Assembly: GCA_963795415.1 (NCBI GenBank)
Contig: CAWCHQ010000003.1
Location: forward strand, 600,326-664,325
Length of the DNA stretch: 64,000 bases
Direction of reading: 5' to 3'
Origin: an uncultured Pseudomonadota bacterium
GTDB taxonomy: Bacteria; Pseudomonadota; Alphaproteobacteria; Acetobacterales; Acetobacteraceae
Shown: piece by piece, positions 10,009 through 20,044 of the stretch
Position numbering within the stretch: position 1 is the stretch's first letter
How the letters are laid out: each line of letters begins with the position of its first letter
Notes under the pieces: generated by a model
The model's input: only the letters and a program-made list of their open reading frames with translations
Told to the model about the DNA's origin: nothing
Databases searched by the model: none
Position numbers and translations under genes: made by a program

Positions 10009-10428
10009 ATGACCCAATACTGGCTGGTAAAATCCGAACCCCAAATGTTTTCCTGGCAGGATCAGGTGCGTAACGGCACCGAGCCTTGGACGGGGGTACG
10101 GAACCACACGGCGCGGAACAACCTGGCGGCGATGCGGCTGGGTGACCAAGCGTTCTTCTACCACTCGAACGTGGGAAAGGAGATTGTCGGTATTGTTGAA
10201 GTGGTTCGGGAGGCATATCCCGACCCCACGGCCCCAGAGGGCAGTCCATGGATCTGCGTCGACATGCGGGCCGTGGGGCCGATGCCCCACCCCGTCACGC
10301 TAGCTCAGATCAAGCCCGATCCTGCTTTGGCCGGCCTTCTACTCAACCGGCAACCCCGTCTCTCCGTCGTCCCGGTTTCCTCGGAACATTGGCGCCACAT
10401 CTGCTCGCTCGGCCATTGGAACGGTTGA
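10009..10428 (+). CDS. EVE (PUA-like) domain protein
   Basis: Start at MTQYWLVKSEPQMFSW. WTGVRNHTARNNLAAMRLGDQAFFYHS is typical of EVE/DUF55. The first 9 codons of ORF 9982.. lie in the REP. Confidence 0.8.
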   Translation: MTQYWLVKSEPQMFSWQDQVRNGTEPWTGVRNHTARNNLAAMRLGDQAFFYHSNVGKEIVGIVEVVREAYPDPTAPEGSPWICVDMRAVGPMPHPVTLAQIKPDPALAGLLLNRQPRLSVVPVSSEHWRHICSLGHWNG

Positions 10429-10483
10429 CACGCTCCCCCCATGCCCCCAATGGACGGTGCCCCAGCGGGACACTGGCCGGCTC

Positions 10484-10975
10484 ATGTCAGATTCTGTAGC
10501 TCCGCCCCCTTATCGACCGGAGGCCACCGATTTGTTCACAATTCGACGCGTCCTGTCCGCAAGCGCAGCTATAGTGCTCGGCGCGGCCGCGCTGCTCTCT
10601 GCCTGCACCCAGCCTCCTGCTGCCGCACCCGGATTCACAAGGCCGATCTACGCGATCGACGCCACGGGGGGCGCCAGAAAATGCATTGTGAGCCCTGTAA
10701 CACTGGCGCCGGGCAAGGAAGCAGCGGCGACGATGACCGTCGGCAACAATGGCGGCTGGTGCGGGATCTCCGTGCGCCAGTCGGGCGCTAGTCCCTACCC
10801 CGCGGGCCTGCTCACGAAACCGCCATCGCACGGGCGCGTCTATATCCATCCGGTCGGCGATGACACAAGGATCGACTACACGCCTGACCAGGGGTACGCC
10901 GGGCCCGACGCATTCGTGGTCACGCTTCTTCCTGACCGCCCCGTCATCCGGGCCAGCGTTACCGTGACCAGATGA
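10484..10975 (+). CDS. Putative lipoprotein, function unknown
   Basis: ORF 10457..10975. Hydrophobic leader with lipobox LLSAC. No family recognised. Start uncertain (10457 or 10484). Confidence 0.5.
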   Translation: MSDSVAPPPYRPEATDLFTIRRVLSASAAIVLGAAALLSACTQPPAAAPGFTRPIYAIDATGGARKCIVSPVTLAPGKEAAATMTVGNNGGWCGISVRQSGASPYPAGLLTKPPSHGRVYIHPVGDDTRIDYTPDQGYAGPDAFVVTLLPDRPVIRASVTVTR

Positions 10976-10976
10976 T

Positions 10977-11483
10977 TCAGTGTGCCGCCGGTTTGCGCAC
11001 CACCCGATGGGCGGATGCGCGCACCGGCGCCGCTTCCGGCGTCTCGCATACCCCGAGGGAGGAAGGCAGAACGTCCTTTCCGGCGGCAAACGCTGGAAGT
11101 TCGTTGCTCGTAACCTCCATTGCCTCCTGGAACAGAACCGCGTTCCTTGGGCAGAAATCCGTGCCCTGCTTCAGCCCGACATCCGATTGTGCATTCGCGA
11201 GCGACGTGATGAAGCTGTCATGCTCCGTCTGGCCGCGACGGCCATAGGCGCGCCTGAAGTAGCTGTCCAAGGCATGCTCGTTGGCAATCAGCTGGGGTTG
11301 GAACCGATGTATGAACGCGTTGTACTGCGTATCGTCATGGCAGGCCGTCGCCAGGACCATCATTTCGCTTTTCAATGCTTCCACATCGAAAACTGGCTGC
11401 TCAGGGCACCGTGGCGTCGCCTGCGCGGCGGACAATCCCAAACAACAGGCAGCGGCAATGACGGGCAGGGCGGATGGACGCAC
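10977..11483 (-). CDS. Secreted hypothetical protein
   Basis: 168-aa ORF with signal peptide MRPSALPVIAAACCLGLSAAQA. No family recognised. Confidence 0.5.
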   Translation of the reverse strand: MRPSALPVIAAACCLGLSAAQATPRCPEQPVFDVEALKSEMMVLATACHDDTQYNAFIHRFQPQLIANEHALDSYFRRAYGRRGQTEHDSFITSLANAQSDVGLKQGTDFCPRNAVLFQEAMEVTSNELPAFAAGKDVLPSSLGVCETPEAAPVRASAHRVVRKPAAH

Positions 11484-11590
11484 GCGAATCTCCCAGGCTC
11501 ATCGAGCGGAGACTGAATGCCTGTGTCGTCGCGCCAGTGCAAGGGGCAGGCGGGGCTCCGGCCGGCGCCACTACAGCCGATCGTCAGGGC

Positions 11591-12548
11591 CTAAGCCGCG
11601 GCGTCGCGCCCCATCTCCAGATACTTCTCGTGCCGTTGCGACCGCCGCGCAGCAACATTCATTTCGAGCAGGGGCTCCAAGGCTGCTTGTATGGCGTCTC
11701 CGACGGACTGGATGGCCGCGTTCGGGTCACGCTGTGCGCCGCCGAGAGGCTCGGGCACGATTCTGTCCACCAACTTGAGCCTGTACAGGTCGTCCGCAGT
11801 CAGCTTCAACGCTTCCGCCGCGACCGGCGCCTGAGCAGCATCACGCCAGAGGATCGAGGCGCAGCCCTCCGGCGAGATCACCGAATAAATCGCATGTTCC
11901 AGCATCAGCACTGCGTCGCCTGCCGCAAGAGCAATCGCCCCTCCGGAACCGCCCTCGCCGATAATCGTCGCGACGAGAGGCACGGGCACTTCCAGGCAAG
12001 CGTCAATCGAACGGGCAATTGCCTCCGCCTGGCCTCGCTCCTCGGCATCAACGCCGGGAAAGGCACCCGACGTGTCCACAAACGACAGAATCGGCAACCC
12101 AAACCGTCCGCCAAGTTCAATTAAGCGCCTAGCCTTGCGGTACCCCTCCGGCCGGGCAGCTCCGAAATTGTGCCGGAGTCGGCTTTCTGTGTCTGACCCC
12201 TTTTCAGGTACCAACCACCGTCACTGGCCGGCCACGAAATCTGCCGATCCCCCCGACCACCGCAGCATCATTTGCGAACGCCCGATCCCCGGCGAGGGGC
12301 GTGAAATCATCAATCAATGCCGAAATATAGGCGGTTGCCTTTGGGCGATCGGGGTGCCGGGCGACTTGCACCTTCTGCCAAGCGGTCAGCTTGGCATAGG
12401 TCGTGCGTAACTGCCGGTCCGCCTTTTCTGAAAGTTTGGCGACCTCTTCCGTGATGTTCAGACCGTTGGGCTCGGACATGCGTCGCAGTTCGTCGATCTT
12501 GCTCTCCAGTTCGGCAATGGGTTTCTCAAAGTCCAGGAAATGCTGCAT
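11591..12548 (-). pseudogene. accA: Acetyl-CoA carboxylase carboxyltransferase alpha subunit, split by one frame break at about 12204-12214
   Basis: ORF 12204..12548 (MQHFLDFEKPIAELESKIDELR...GRPVTVVGT*) and ORF 11591..12214 (EKGSDTESRLRHNFGAARPEGYRKA...IIGEGGSGGA) together form a complete AccA. Removing one C at 12207-12208 restores GRPVTVVGTEKGSDTE. Confidence 0.9.
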
Positions 12549-12595
12549 GGGGGCGCGGCTTTACCACACATTCGCGCTGGCACTAGTGTCCCGCA

Positions 12596-12811
12596 TCGTT
12601 GATTTGCGGCTGATTTCGGAATCGATGTTTCCGGTAATCCCGGAGATGCATCGTGACCACGAAACAACCTGCCATCAAGAAGTACATCTTCAAGGTCGGT
12701 GCCGATGCGCGTGAACGGCTCAAGGCGCTGATCCAAAAGGGCAAAGCCACTGCCCGCCAGCTGCTGAAGGCACGCATCCTGCTGAAGGCCGACGCCTCTG
12801 ATGCCGGGCGA
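12596..12811 (+). mobile_element. IS630-family element, 5' fragment truncated by the IS256 insertion
   Basis: GTG at 12653 opens VTTKQPAIKKYIFKVGADARERLKALIQKGKATARQLLKARILLKADASDAGRG, an IS630 transposase HTH N-terminus. A TA dinucleotide sits at 12594-12595 just before the putative end. Reading stops at the IS256 terminus. Confidence 0.6.
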
Positions 12812-14225
12812 GGGTCACGTCCGTGAAGGTGGTGGAAATTGCGTTGTAGATTGAGGTGGCCACGGGTCAGGCGGCCACGGTGGAAATCTGTGGTGGCATA
12901 GCGTCGAGCGTGGGCGGTGTAAGTTCGGCCATCGCCTCGGCTGCATGTAGCGGCGCTGGAGTTGCCACTCGTCGTTGACCTCCAGCAGCACCGCGCCGAT
13001 GAGGCGGACGATGGCGCCCTCGTTGGGAAAGGTGCCGCGCGGCGTTTGACCTCCTTGTTCAGCCGTTCCAGTGGGTTTGTGCTGTGAATTCTTGCTGCGA
13101 TGCTGGACCGGGAAGTCCATCTGGGCCAGCACGTCGGCCTCGCTGTCGCCGATGAGCGCGCCGAGCTTCGGCCGCTTAGCCCGCAACTGGTCGGCGACAT
13201 GAATCAACGTCTGGCAGGCAGCCGGGCGATCGGGCTGGATGGACGCCTGGCGCAGCGCGGCCGCGACCATGCTCTGCTGGCCCTTGGGCACCTAGGCGAG
13301 GGCATTGTGCATCCAGTGGACTCGGCAGCGCTGCCAGGAGGCGCCGACAACGCGGCGGATCGCCGCCTTCAGGCCCTCGTGGGCATCCGATATGACCAGC
13401 TTCACGCCGTGCAGACCGCGGCGGACCATGCTTTTGAGGAAGTCGGACCAGAACGTCTCCGCCTAGCTCGGCCCGATGTGCAGGCCGCCGATCTCGCGCT
13501 TGCCGGCGGTATTGGCTGCCACAGCGATTATCGCCGCAACCGAGACGATGCGGCCGCCCTCGCGCTGCTTGAGGTAGGTGGCGTCCAGCCAGAGGGAGGG
13601 CCAGTCGCCGGTCAGGGGACGGTCGAGGAAGGCGTTGTCGATGTTCTTGCACAGCTTGCTGACTGTGCTCTTGCTGATCCCGGCCAAGCCCATCGCCTGC
13701 ACCAACTCGTCGACGCGCCGGGTCTAGATGCCGCCGACCCAGGCCTCCTGGATCACCGCCACCAGGCCTTCTCGGAGCTCTTGCGGGGCTCGAGGAAGGG
13801 CGGAAAGTAGCTGCCCTGCCGCAGTTTCGGGATGCGGAGCTGCAGAGTGCCGAGCCGGGTGTCGAGTGCGCGGTCGCGATAGCCGTCGCGGTAGGCGGTG
13901 CGTTCGTGCCGCCCGGCGCCGATGAGGCCTTCAACGTCGGTTTCCATGAGCAACTGCACCACGGCCTCCGCCACGCTGCGCAGGAAGTCGCCATCTCCGG
14001 CTTTGGCCAGCAGCTCGGCAAGCGGTAGTCTCGCCTCGGTCATCGGGTTCTCTCCGGCGTCAGGTGAAGCGTCACAACTCCACCTTAGCATTAGCCAGCC
14101 GATCCGATGGCCAGCTCAAACCAAATCGCTATCGGAGGGGGTCGGCTCCTTCGGCCGGCTACGCCGGCCTCCGGAGCCAAACCCCTCCGCAGAACGAATT
14201 TCCACCAGGAGGGCGGACGCTAACC
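12812..14225 (-). mobile_element. IS256-family element with a dead transposase (3 in-frame TAG codons and at least 3 frameshifts)
   Basis: Fragments 13753..14091, 13463..13705 and 12815..13291 give LIGAGRHERT..LQLRIPKLRQGSYFPPFLEPRK, VQAMGLAGISKSTVSKLC, WLDATYLKQREGGRIVSVAAIIA and PKGQQSMVAAALRQ. Terminal inverted repeats GGGTCACGTCCG..GGTGGAAATTGCGTT (12812) and AACGAATTTCCACC..CGGACGCTAACC (14225). TAG codons at 13724-26, 13463-65 and 13292-94. Confidence 0.85.
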
Positions 14226-14379
14226 AGCGTTGTTAGCCCGCGTTTCTCACCGGCCAGGCGGCCAAGAAGATAACGGCGGTTGCTGAAACGGATATTAGGA
14301 TCGATTTCGCACCGGCGTTGGTGGTGCGGTTGGCCGCGGGTGCACGGGATCGCTGCCGTTTCTGACGGGAGTAGGCGCT

Positions 14380-16006
14380 AGCGCTGGATCTCGGCTTGCG
14401 GTGTCTGGTTCGTGAGGCTTCAGGCCATCGCCGCTTCCGCCGTGGCAGCATCACAAAGCGTTTCGTAAGCCCGGGCGAATTCCTCCTGCGCCGGAGTGCC
14501 GGAAGCCATAGCGACCATGACCCGGCGCACGCTGATCCGCACCAACGCACCGATCTTCAGCAGCCTGAGCCGGATCGAGCCGCACGTGGCATTGGCATAT
14601 CTTGTGTGTGCCAGAGCGATGCGGCGCAATCCGCACAACAAAACATAGGCGGCGGAGGCGAACCACAGCCGCAGTTGGTTGGCCCGCATGGTGGCAGCTG
14701 AAGTACGGTCGGCAAACAGATCGAGCTCGCACTCCTTGATGCGGTTCTCCATTTCGCCACGCGCACAATAAATCCGTTCGTAGAGATGTCGCGCCTCGGC
14801 TTCGGCCGCGCCAAGTGAGGTCACGACAAACCGCGGATTGGCCTCCCCGCCGGTCCATTCGGCTTTGCCGATGACACGCCGCGCTCGGCTCCAACTCTCC
14901 CGCGTGCTCCAGATGAAATCGCGAAACCGACGCACCGGCTTGCCGGTCTTCTCCGCCTCGGCACGCGCCTCGCCCATCTCGGCTTCGATCTCGGCGGTCA
15001 GCCGGGCATTGCGCGCCAGCCCCAACAGGTAATCAACGCCGTTGGTCTCGCACCACACCATCAATGCCTCGCGGGCAAAGCCGCTATCGGCCCGCAGCAG
15101 GATGCGCACGCGCGGCCAGCGGGCGCGGATCTGGCCGACGATGCGAGCCACTTCCTCGACCGCACCGGCACTGGCATCAGCACTGGCATCAGCACTGGCA
15201 TCAGCATTGGACTGCCGCAGTTTGGCCGCCAGCAGATGCCGGCCACAGAACACATAGAGCGGCAGATAGCACTAGCAGTCATAATGACCGTGGAAGAATC
15301 GGCCTTCCTGATGTCCGTGCAGCGGATCGTCGCAGCGGATCGTCGGTGGCGTCCAGATCGAGCGTGATCTGCTCCGGAGCCGATTTGTGCGCATCCAGGA
15401 AGATCTCGACGAACAGCTTCTCAATCGCCACGGTCTCGGCTGCCAGCCGGGCATAGCGCGTCGGTTCGGCGCGGCTGAGTTCCAGCCGGTTCAGCGTGCT
15501 TTTGCCCGCCAGTGGCGCGCAATCTCGGCGCCGAGCGGAGAGCTTGGCGGCAAGCGTAGCCAGCACCGGGTCATGCCGCAGCTCATCGTGGTCATTGAGG
15601 TCTTCGTAGCCAAGGGCAATCACCACATCCGCTGCATCACCAGGGTTTCCACGTCATGTTCAATAAATGACGGGTTGGGCATATCGCTAAAACAGGCCGC
15701 CAGCTTGCGCGTCAGTCCCATCACCCGGTTGGCCGCGCCGAGCAGCGGCGCCCCGGCGTCAGAGGTAATCCGTCCGCCGTCAAACGATGCCACCACCGCA
15801 CGGCCGTCAACACGTGCAAACTCGAACAGCTCTGGGCTACACTCTGTCGGCGTCGGCGGGCTCCTCCGGCCAGCGCAAAACGCTTTGTCGCAGAAGCACT
15901 TTTGCCGATTCGGACCGCCGATGTACAGACCTTTTGTGAGAAATGCGGGTTAGCCCAACTTCGTGGATTCGACCCTGATTTTGAAAATCGCACTAAGCCA
16001 AGCGCT
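14380..16006 (-). mobile_element. IS1380-family element, transposase disrupted (no start codon found, at least 2 frame breaks)
   Basis: ORF 14420..15253 (WPRVRILLRADSGFAREALMVWCE...YCARGEMENRIKE), ORF 15279..15626 (ALGYEDLNDHDELRHDPVLA) and my translation of 15660-15860 (ECSPELFEFARVDGRAVVASFDGGRITSDAGAPLLGAANRVMGLTRKLAACF). Element ends are approximate (AGCGCT at both). Confidence 0.75.
15168..15210. repeat. 12-bp tandem repeat GCACTGGCATCA x3.5 inside the IS1380 transposase
   Basis: Read directly. Encodes ADASADASADAS on the minus strand. Confidence 0.9.
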
Positions 16007-16091
16007 TATTTTGCCACAGCTTTGAGATGGCGAAAGGGTAAAAAACGGGTTGTAGTGCCTACCTACCCAATTCCCGCGGTGCGAGGCGGGC

Positions 16092-16530
16092 TTGTATGCG
16101 TGGCAGGCCATGTTCCTCCGCCACAAGAATTCGCAAGAAAGACGGGAAGGAGTACCGCACCTTCAGCGTGGCGGAAAACCACCGGGTTGCGGGTGGTCGG
16201 GTGGTGCAGCGCCACGTGCTGTACCTCGGCGAGATCAACAACTCGCAGGAACTGGTGTGGCGGAAGTCGATCGAAGTGTTCGAGGAGGGCGCCGCCCAGC
16301 CCCGGACGCTGTCGTTGTTTCCGGAAGATCGCTGCGAGGGGCTGTTGCCCAACGCCTCGATCGTCCGACTGAAACTATCGGAGATGCGGTTGTGCCGGCC
16401 GCGGCAATGGGGCGCCTGCTGGCTAGTGCTGACGTTATGGCGGGAGCTGCAGCTGGATCGGTTCTGGGCGGACCACAGACTGAACGTTCCCCCGATTAAA
16501 GCACAAGCCTCTGATTCCGCTTGCATCTGA
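16092..16530 (+). mobile_element. N-terminal fragment of a DDE transposase (IS4/IS1634-like), frameshifted
   Basis: MFLRHK in frame 16092, then RKKDGKEYRTFSVAENHRVAGGRVVQRHVLYLGEINNSQELVWRKSIEVF..RPRQWGACWL in frame 16096. Ends after about 140 aa. A 15-aa IS256-like C-terminal scrap (KITKTRGSFLNDDA*) follows at about 16596-16643. Confidence 0.55.
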
Positions 16531-16672
16531 TGTTGGGCGGCTGGCTCCCCAGTGAGCGCCACGTCGCGTAGGTCGAGAGCCTGCACCGGAGCTTGCACAA
16601 GATCACCAAGACCCGTGGCAGCTTCCTGAACGACGACGCTTGATCTAGGCGGATACTCTAACCCGTCGCTTC

Positions 16673-16797
16673 AGAGCAAATCATGCGCTCCTGATTTGTC
16701 CCAGGAGCCTGCCTTGGGCCGGCCTCGTCCGGCCGGACCCGCGAGGTCGGAGCCGCAGGAAATGCAAGCATTTCCAGTCAAGCGCGATCTGCTCTAG
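16673..16797 (+). repeat. Left copy of a roughly 125-135-bp direct repeat flanking IS481
   Basis: AGAGCAAATCATGCGCTCCTG..GGGCCGGCCTCGTCCGGCCGG..GCAAGCATTTCCAGTCAAGCGCGATCTGCTC aligns at about 75% with 18064-18200. Confidence 0.75.
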
Positions 16798-16798
16798 A

Positions 16799-18017
16799 TG
16801 TCCCTGCTACGGAGGTTGTCCCTCCGGGGCCGGGGTGAGAGGCTGTGGTTGCCACACTCGCAACCCCTGCCCGGAGCTCCCGGATGGACATCCATAAGAA
16901 TGCCCGCACCACGCCGCTCTGTCGAATGCTGATGGTGCAACGCCTGGCCAGCGGCTGGACGGTGGCGGCGGTCGCCGCGGCGCATGGGGTCACCACCCCC
17001 AAAACCGTGCGCAAATGGCGTCAGCGCTTCGCCGTGGAGGGCGCGGCGGGCTTGGCCGATCGCTCCTCGCGGCCGCAGTGCAGCCCAAACCGGCTCAGTG
17101 ATGCCGCCGAAAGCGAGATTATCGCGCTGCGCCACCGGCGCCTGACCGCCCCGGTGATTGCGCGCCGGCTGAGCCGACCGGTCTCCACCGTGGGCGTCGT
17201 GCTGCGCCGGCACGCTCTCGGCCGGCTGCGCGCCCTCGACCCGCGGCCGGCTGTGATCCGCTACGAACGCCAGCGTCCTGGCGAACTGGTCCACATCGAC
17301 ATCAAGAAGCTCGGCCGCATCGACGGTGTCGGTCATCGCATCACCGGCGACCGCAACGGCCAGAGCAGCAAGCGCGGCACGGGCTGGGAATATCTGCACG
17401 TTGCTGTCGATGATGCCAGCCGGCTCGCACATACCGAACTGCTGACGAGCGAGCGCAAGGAAAGTGCCGTCGCCTTCACCGCTCGGACGATCGCCGTCTT
17501 CGCCGCCCACGGCGTTCCAGTCGAACGTATCATGAGCGACAACGGCTCGGCGTATCGCAGCTTTGCCTTCCGCGATCTGCTGGCGGCGCATGGCATCGCG
17601 CATAAGCGCACCCGCCCTTATACGCCGCGCACCAACGGCAAGGCCGAGCGCTTCATCCAGACCTGCCTGCGCGAATGGGCCTATGCGCGGGCGTTCCACA
17701 CCTCGGCCGATCGCGCCGCCGCCATGCCGCTCCGGCTCACCGATTATAATTTCTGTCGGCCCCATTCGGCGCTCGGCGGCAAGCCGCCCATCAGCCGCAT
17801 CACCGCTGCGCGGACGGCGGCCACATCCGTCCCTGAAACCGATCCCAAGCCATGCTTCGGCCGGCTCAGCGGGGTCAAGCCTCGCGCAGCGACCGCCGGC
17901 GCGCTTGCGCGATGGGGTCCCGCAGCGACCGCCGAAGGCGGCTTGGGCTTGACCCCGTTCAGCCGGCCGCAAGCACAATCGGGATCGGCGGAGGGGACAA
18001 CGTCCTTGGCAACGACA
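16799..18017 (+). mobile_element. IS481-family insertion sequence
   Basis: Inverted repeats TGTCCCTGCTACGGAGGTTGTCCCTCC (16799) and GGAGGGGACAACGTCCTTGGCAACGACA (ends 18017). Encodes an IS481-type transposase. No target duplication is visible. Confidence 0.8.
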
Positions 18018-18038
18018 GCTGGGGCGTGTTCAGGATGA
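16884..18038 (+). CDS. IS481-family transposase; 3' end altered by a nested 146-bp element
   Basis: MDIHKNARTTPLCRMLMVQR..GELVHIDIKKLGRI..LHVAVDDASRLAHTEL..RIMSDNGSAYRS..YTPRTNGKAERFIQT..RPHSALGGKPPISR. After ISR the frame runs through the insert and out of the IS. Confidence 0.8.
   Translation: MDIHKNARTTPLCRMLMVQRLASGWTVAAVAAAHGVTTPKTVRKWRQRFAVEGAAGLADRSSRPQCSPNRLSDAAESEIIALRHRRLTAPVIARRLSRPVSTVGVVLRRHALGRLRALDPRPAVIRYERQRPGELVHIDIKKLGRIDGVGHRITGDRNGQSSKRGTGWEYLHVAVDDASRLAHTELLTSERKESAVAFTARTIAVFAAHGVPVERIMSDNGSAYRSFAFRDLLAAHGIAHKRTRPYTPRTNGKAERFIQTCLREWAYARAFHTSADRAAAMPLRLTDYNFCRPHSALGGKPPISRITAARTAATSVPETDPKPCFGRLSGVKPRAATAGALARWGPAATAEGGLGLTPFSRPQAQSGSAEGTTSLATTAGACSG
17841..17986. repeat. 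146-bp inverted-repeat (MITE-like) element nested in the IS481 3' end
   Basis: Arms GATCCCAAGCCATGCTTCGGCCGGCTCAGCGGGGTCAAGCC (17841-17881) and GGCTTGACCCCGTTCAGCCGGCCGCAAGCACAATCGGGATC (17946-17986) match at about 33 of 41 positions, with a 64-bp spacer. Confidence 0.7.
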
Positions 18039-18063
18039 CTGAACACGCTCTGCCCTCCTTTTC

Positions 18064-18200
18064 GCGAGCAAATTCGCGCGCTCCTGGGTTGTCCTCCGGC
18101 CAGCTGGAGCCTGTCCTCGGGCCGGCCTTCGGCCGGGCCCGTGGGGCCGGATCCGGGGGAAACACAAGCAGTTCCAGTCAAACCCGATCTCCTCCAAGTC
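18064..18200 (+). repeat. Right copy of the direct repeat flanking IS481
   Basis: GCGAGCAAATTCGCGCGCTCCTG..GGGCCGGCCTTCGGCCGGGCCC..CAAGCAGTTCCAGTCAAACCCGATCTCCTCC. Ends where the livF-like homology starts. Confidence 0.75.
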
Positions 18201-18919
18201 TAAGCGTTTGCGGGCTAGGCGCTGGCTATGGGCGCGCCCAGATTCTGCATGACATTGCGTTGGACGTGCGTCGCGGCGAAGCCTGGGTGATCGCCGGTCG
18301 CAACGGTGCCGGCAAATCCACCCTGCTGAAGGCGCTGATCGGGCTGCTGCCGCTGACCACGGGGACTATCCGCTTCGAGGATCAGGAAATCGGCGGCCTG
18401 CCGCCATACCGCATCGTCCGGCTTGGGCTGGGCTATGTGCCTGAGGAGCGCCGGATATTCGCCGGGCTGACGGTTCGCGAGAACCTGGCAGCTGGGCGGC
18501 GGCTGCCCCGTGCGGGGCGTGCGGCGTGGTCGGAGGCGCGGGTCTTCGGCCTTTTTCCCCGCCTGGCTGAGGTCCAGCGCGGCCGCGCGGGGACGTTGAG
18601 CGGGGGCGAACAGCAGATGCTGACGATCGCCCGTACATTGATGGGAAACCCAGAACTGCTGCTGCTTGACGAGCCGAGTGAGGGGCTGGCACCGATTGTT
18701 GCGAGCCAGGTTGCAGGGGCGATGCGCATGCTCAAGGAAGCTGGGACCACGCTGCTGCTGGCCGAGCAGAATTTGCGCTTCGCTTCCCGGGTGGCGGATC
18801 ATGTGGCGGTGCTTGAGCGCGGGCGCATCGTGTGGCGGGGAAGGACGGCGGAACTGGCCTCGGATACTGCGGCGAGCGAGCGGTATCTGGCGTTGACGGG
18901 GAGGCACATTCCTATCTGA
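18200..18919 (+). pseudogene. livF: LivF-type branched-chain amino acid ABC transporter ATPase, start codon missing, orphaned
   Basis: LSVCGLGAGYGRAQILHDIALDVRRGEAWVIAGRNGAGKSTLL (Walker A), LSGGEQQML, LLLLDEPSEGLAP. The first conserved residue is CTA with no usable start. No liv permease or SBP genes are nearby. Confidence 0.75.
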
Positions 18920-18928
18920 TGGAATTAT

Positions 18929-19170
18929 TTAGTTCGGGAATTGGACAGGCACATCCATGCGCGGATGCAGAATACGCGCAATGTCGATCAGATCGGCGTC
19001 AGTGAGGCGGTAGAACGGGAAACGCGGCTGGACGGCCGGCTTGTGGCATCGGGCCGAATGCCGACTACGGAGCGTTCCTTCCTGATGCCTTCCGCCAGTG
19101 CCGCGCAGGTATCCCGGATCGCCCGGATATAACGATCGGCCTGATCAGCGCCCGCCGCGTCATCGACACC
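18929..19170 (-). pseudogene. ParE/RelE-family toxin remnant (N-terminally truncated, frameshifted)
   Basis: My minus-strand translation gives ..FPFYRLTDADLIDIARILHPRMDVPVQFPN* and, in another frame, ADRYIRAIRDTCAALAEG. This resembles a ParE C-terminus. Confidence 0.45.
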
Positions 19171-19415
19171 TCCTGGCAGCGCTGCCGCGTGCATAGGATG
19201 CGCAATGCGGTGTCATACGTGCCCAAGGGCCAGCAGAGCATGGTCTCCGCCGAGCCGCGTCAGGCGTTCAGCCAGCCCGATCGCCCGAGCGCCAGCCAGG
19301 CCTTGCGCCACGTCGCCGACGCCGCGGCCGACGTGCTGACCCACATGGAGTTTGCCGCCCAGCACGGGAGCAAGATCACTCCACGAATCCATTTGAGCGT
19401 CTGGAAACCCGGAGG
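19171..19415 (+). mobile_element. Second IS256-family transposase fragment
   Basis: SWQRCRVHRMRNAVSYVPKGQQSMVSAEPRQAFSQPDRPSASQALRHVAD..VLTHMEFAAQHGSKI parallels the IS256 copy at 12.8-14.2 kb. Confidence 0.7.
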
Positions 19416-19439
19416 TGAGGACGGCTCGCAGGAGGCGCG

Positions 19440-20040
19440 GCTGTCCGGGCTCGCGCCGCTGGACCTGGTAATCACGATGGATGACGCCCACCAACGCCAT
19501 CCACCCGGCAATCCTGGTTGCCGAGGAAGGGGCTGCCTCGAGCTGTGCCAGCCTGGCGGAGACGATAGCGGCGCACGGTCTGCCGTGTTCGTTATACATG
19601 ACCGGGGAGCCATTATTTCTACATCCCCAAAGGAGGTTCCGACCAAGGTCGGGCGGCGCTGGTGCAGCTGGGGATCGAGCATCGCGGCCTATTCGCCGCA
19701 AGTGCAGGGCCGATGTGAGCCGGCGTTCCGGATCTTGCAGGACCTTCTGCCGGAAGAGCCGGCGCTGGCCGGGATCAGCGCCGATGTGGCGGCGGCCAAC
19801 CGGTTTCTGCGCGAGACCTACCTGGCGTGGCACGATGCGCGGTTTGCGATTGCCCAGCCGAGAGCGGCCCGGCCTATGTGCCGGTCGATGAGGCGCAATG
19901 GCGTGACGTACTGTGCATCCAGGAAAAGCGGGTAATTGCGCCGGACAACACGCGAGCTGAAGCGCCCGGCGGTTGCAGATCCCGCCGCGGCACGGGGGCA
20001 CGAATGCGCCGATGGCGCGCTCGCGGTTCCTCCTCCCGCG
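19440..20040 (+). mobile_element. DDE integrase-type transposase fragment (ISNCY-like), multiple frame breaks
   Basis: Pieces spread over three frames: ITMDDA.NAIHPAILVAEEGAASSCASLAETIAAHGLPCSLY, IAAYSPQVQGRCEPAFRILQDLLPEEPALAGISADVAAANRFLRETYLAWHDARFAIAQP, VPVDEAQWRDVLCIQEKRV. Confidence 0.5.
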
Positions 20041-20044
20041 GGTC

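Noticed and set aside
12204-12214. Programmed +1 frameshift at ACC-UGA-A in accA (prfB-like)
   Set aside because: There is no upstream SD-like stimulator and no precedent in accA. The same kind of break occurs in many unrelated genes in this window.
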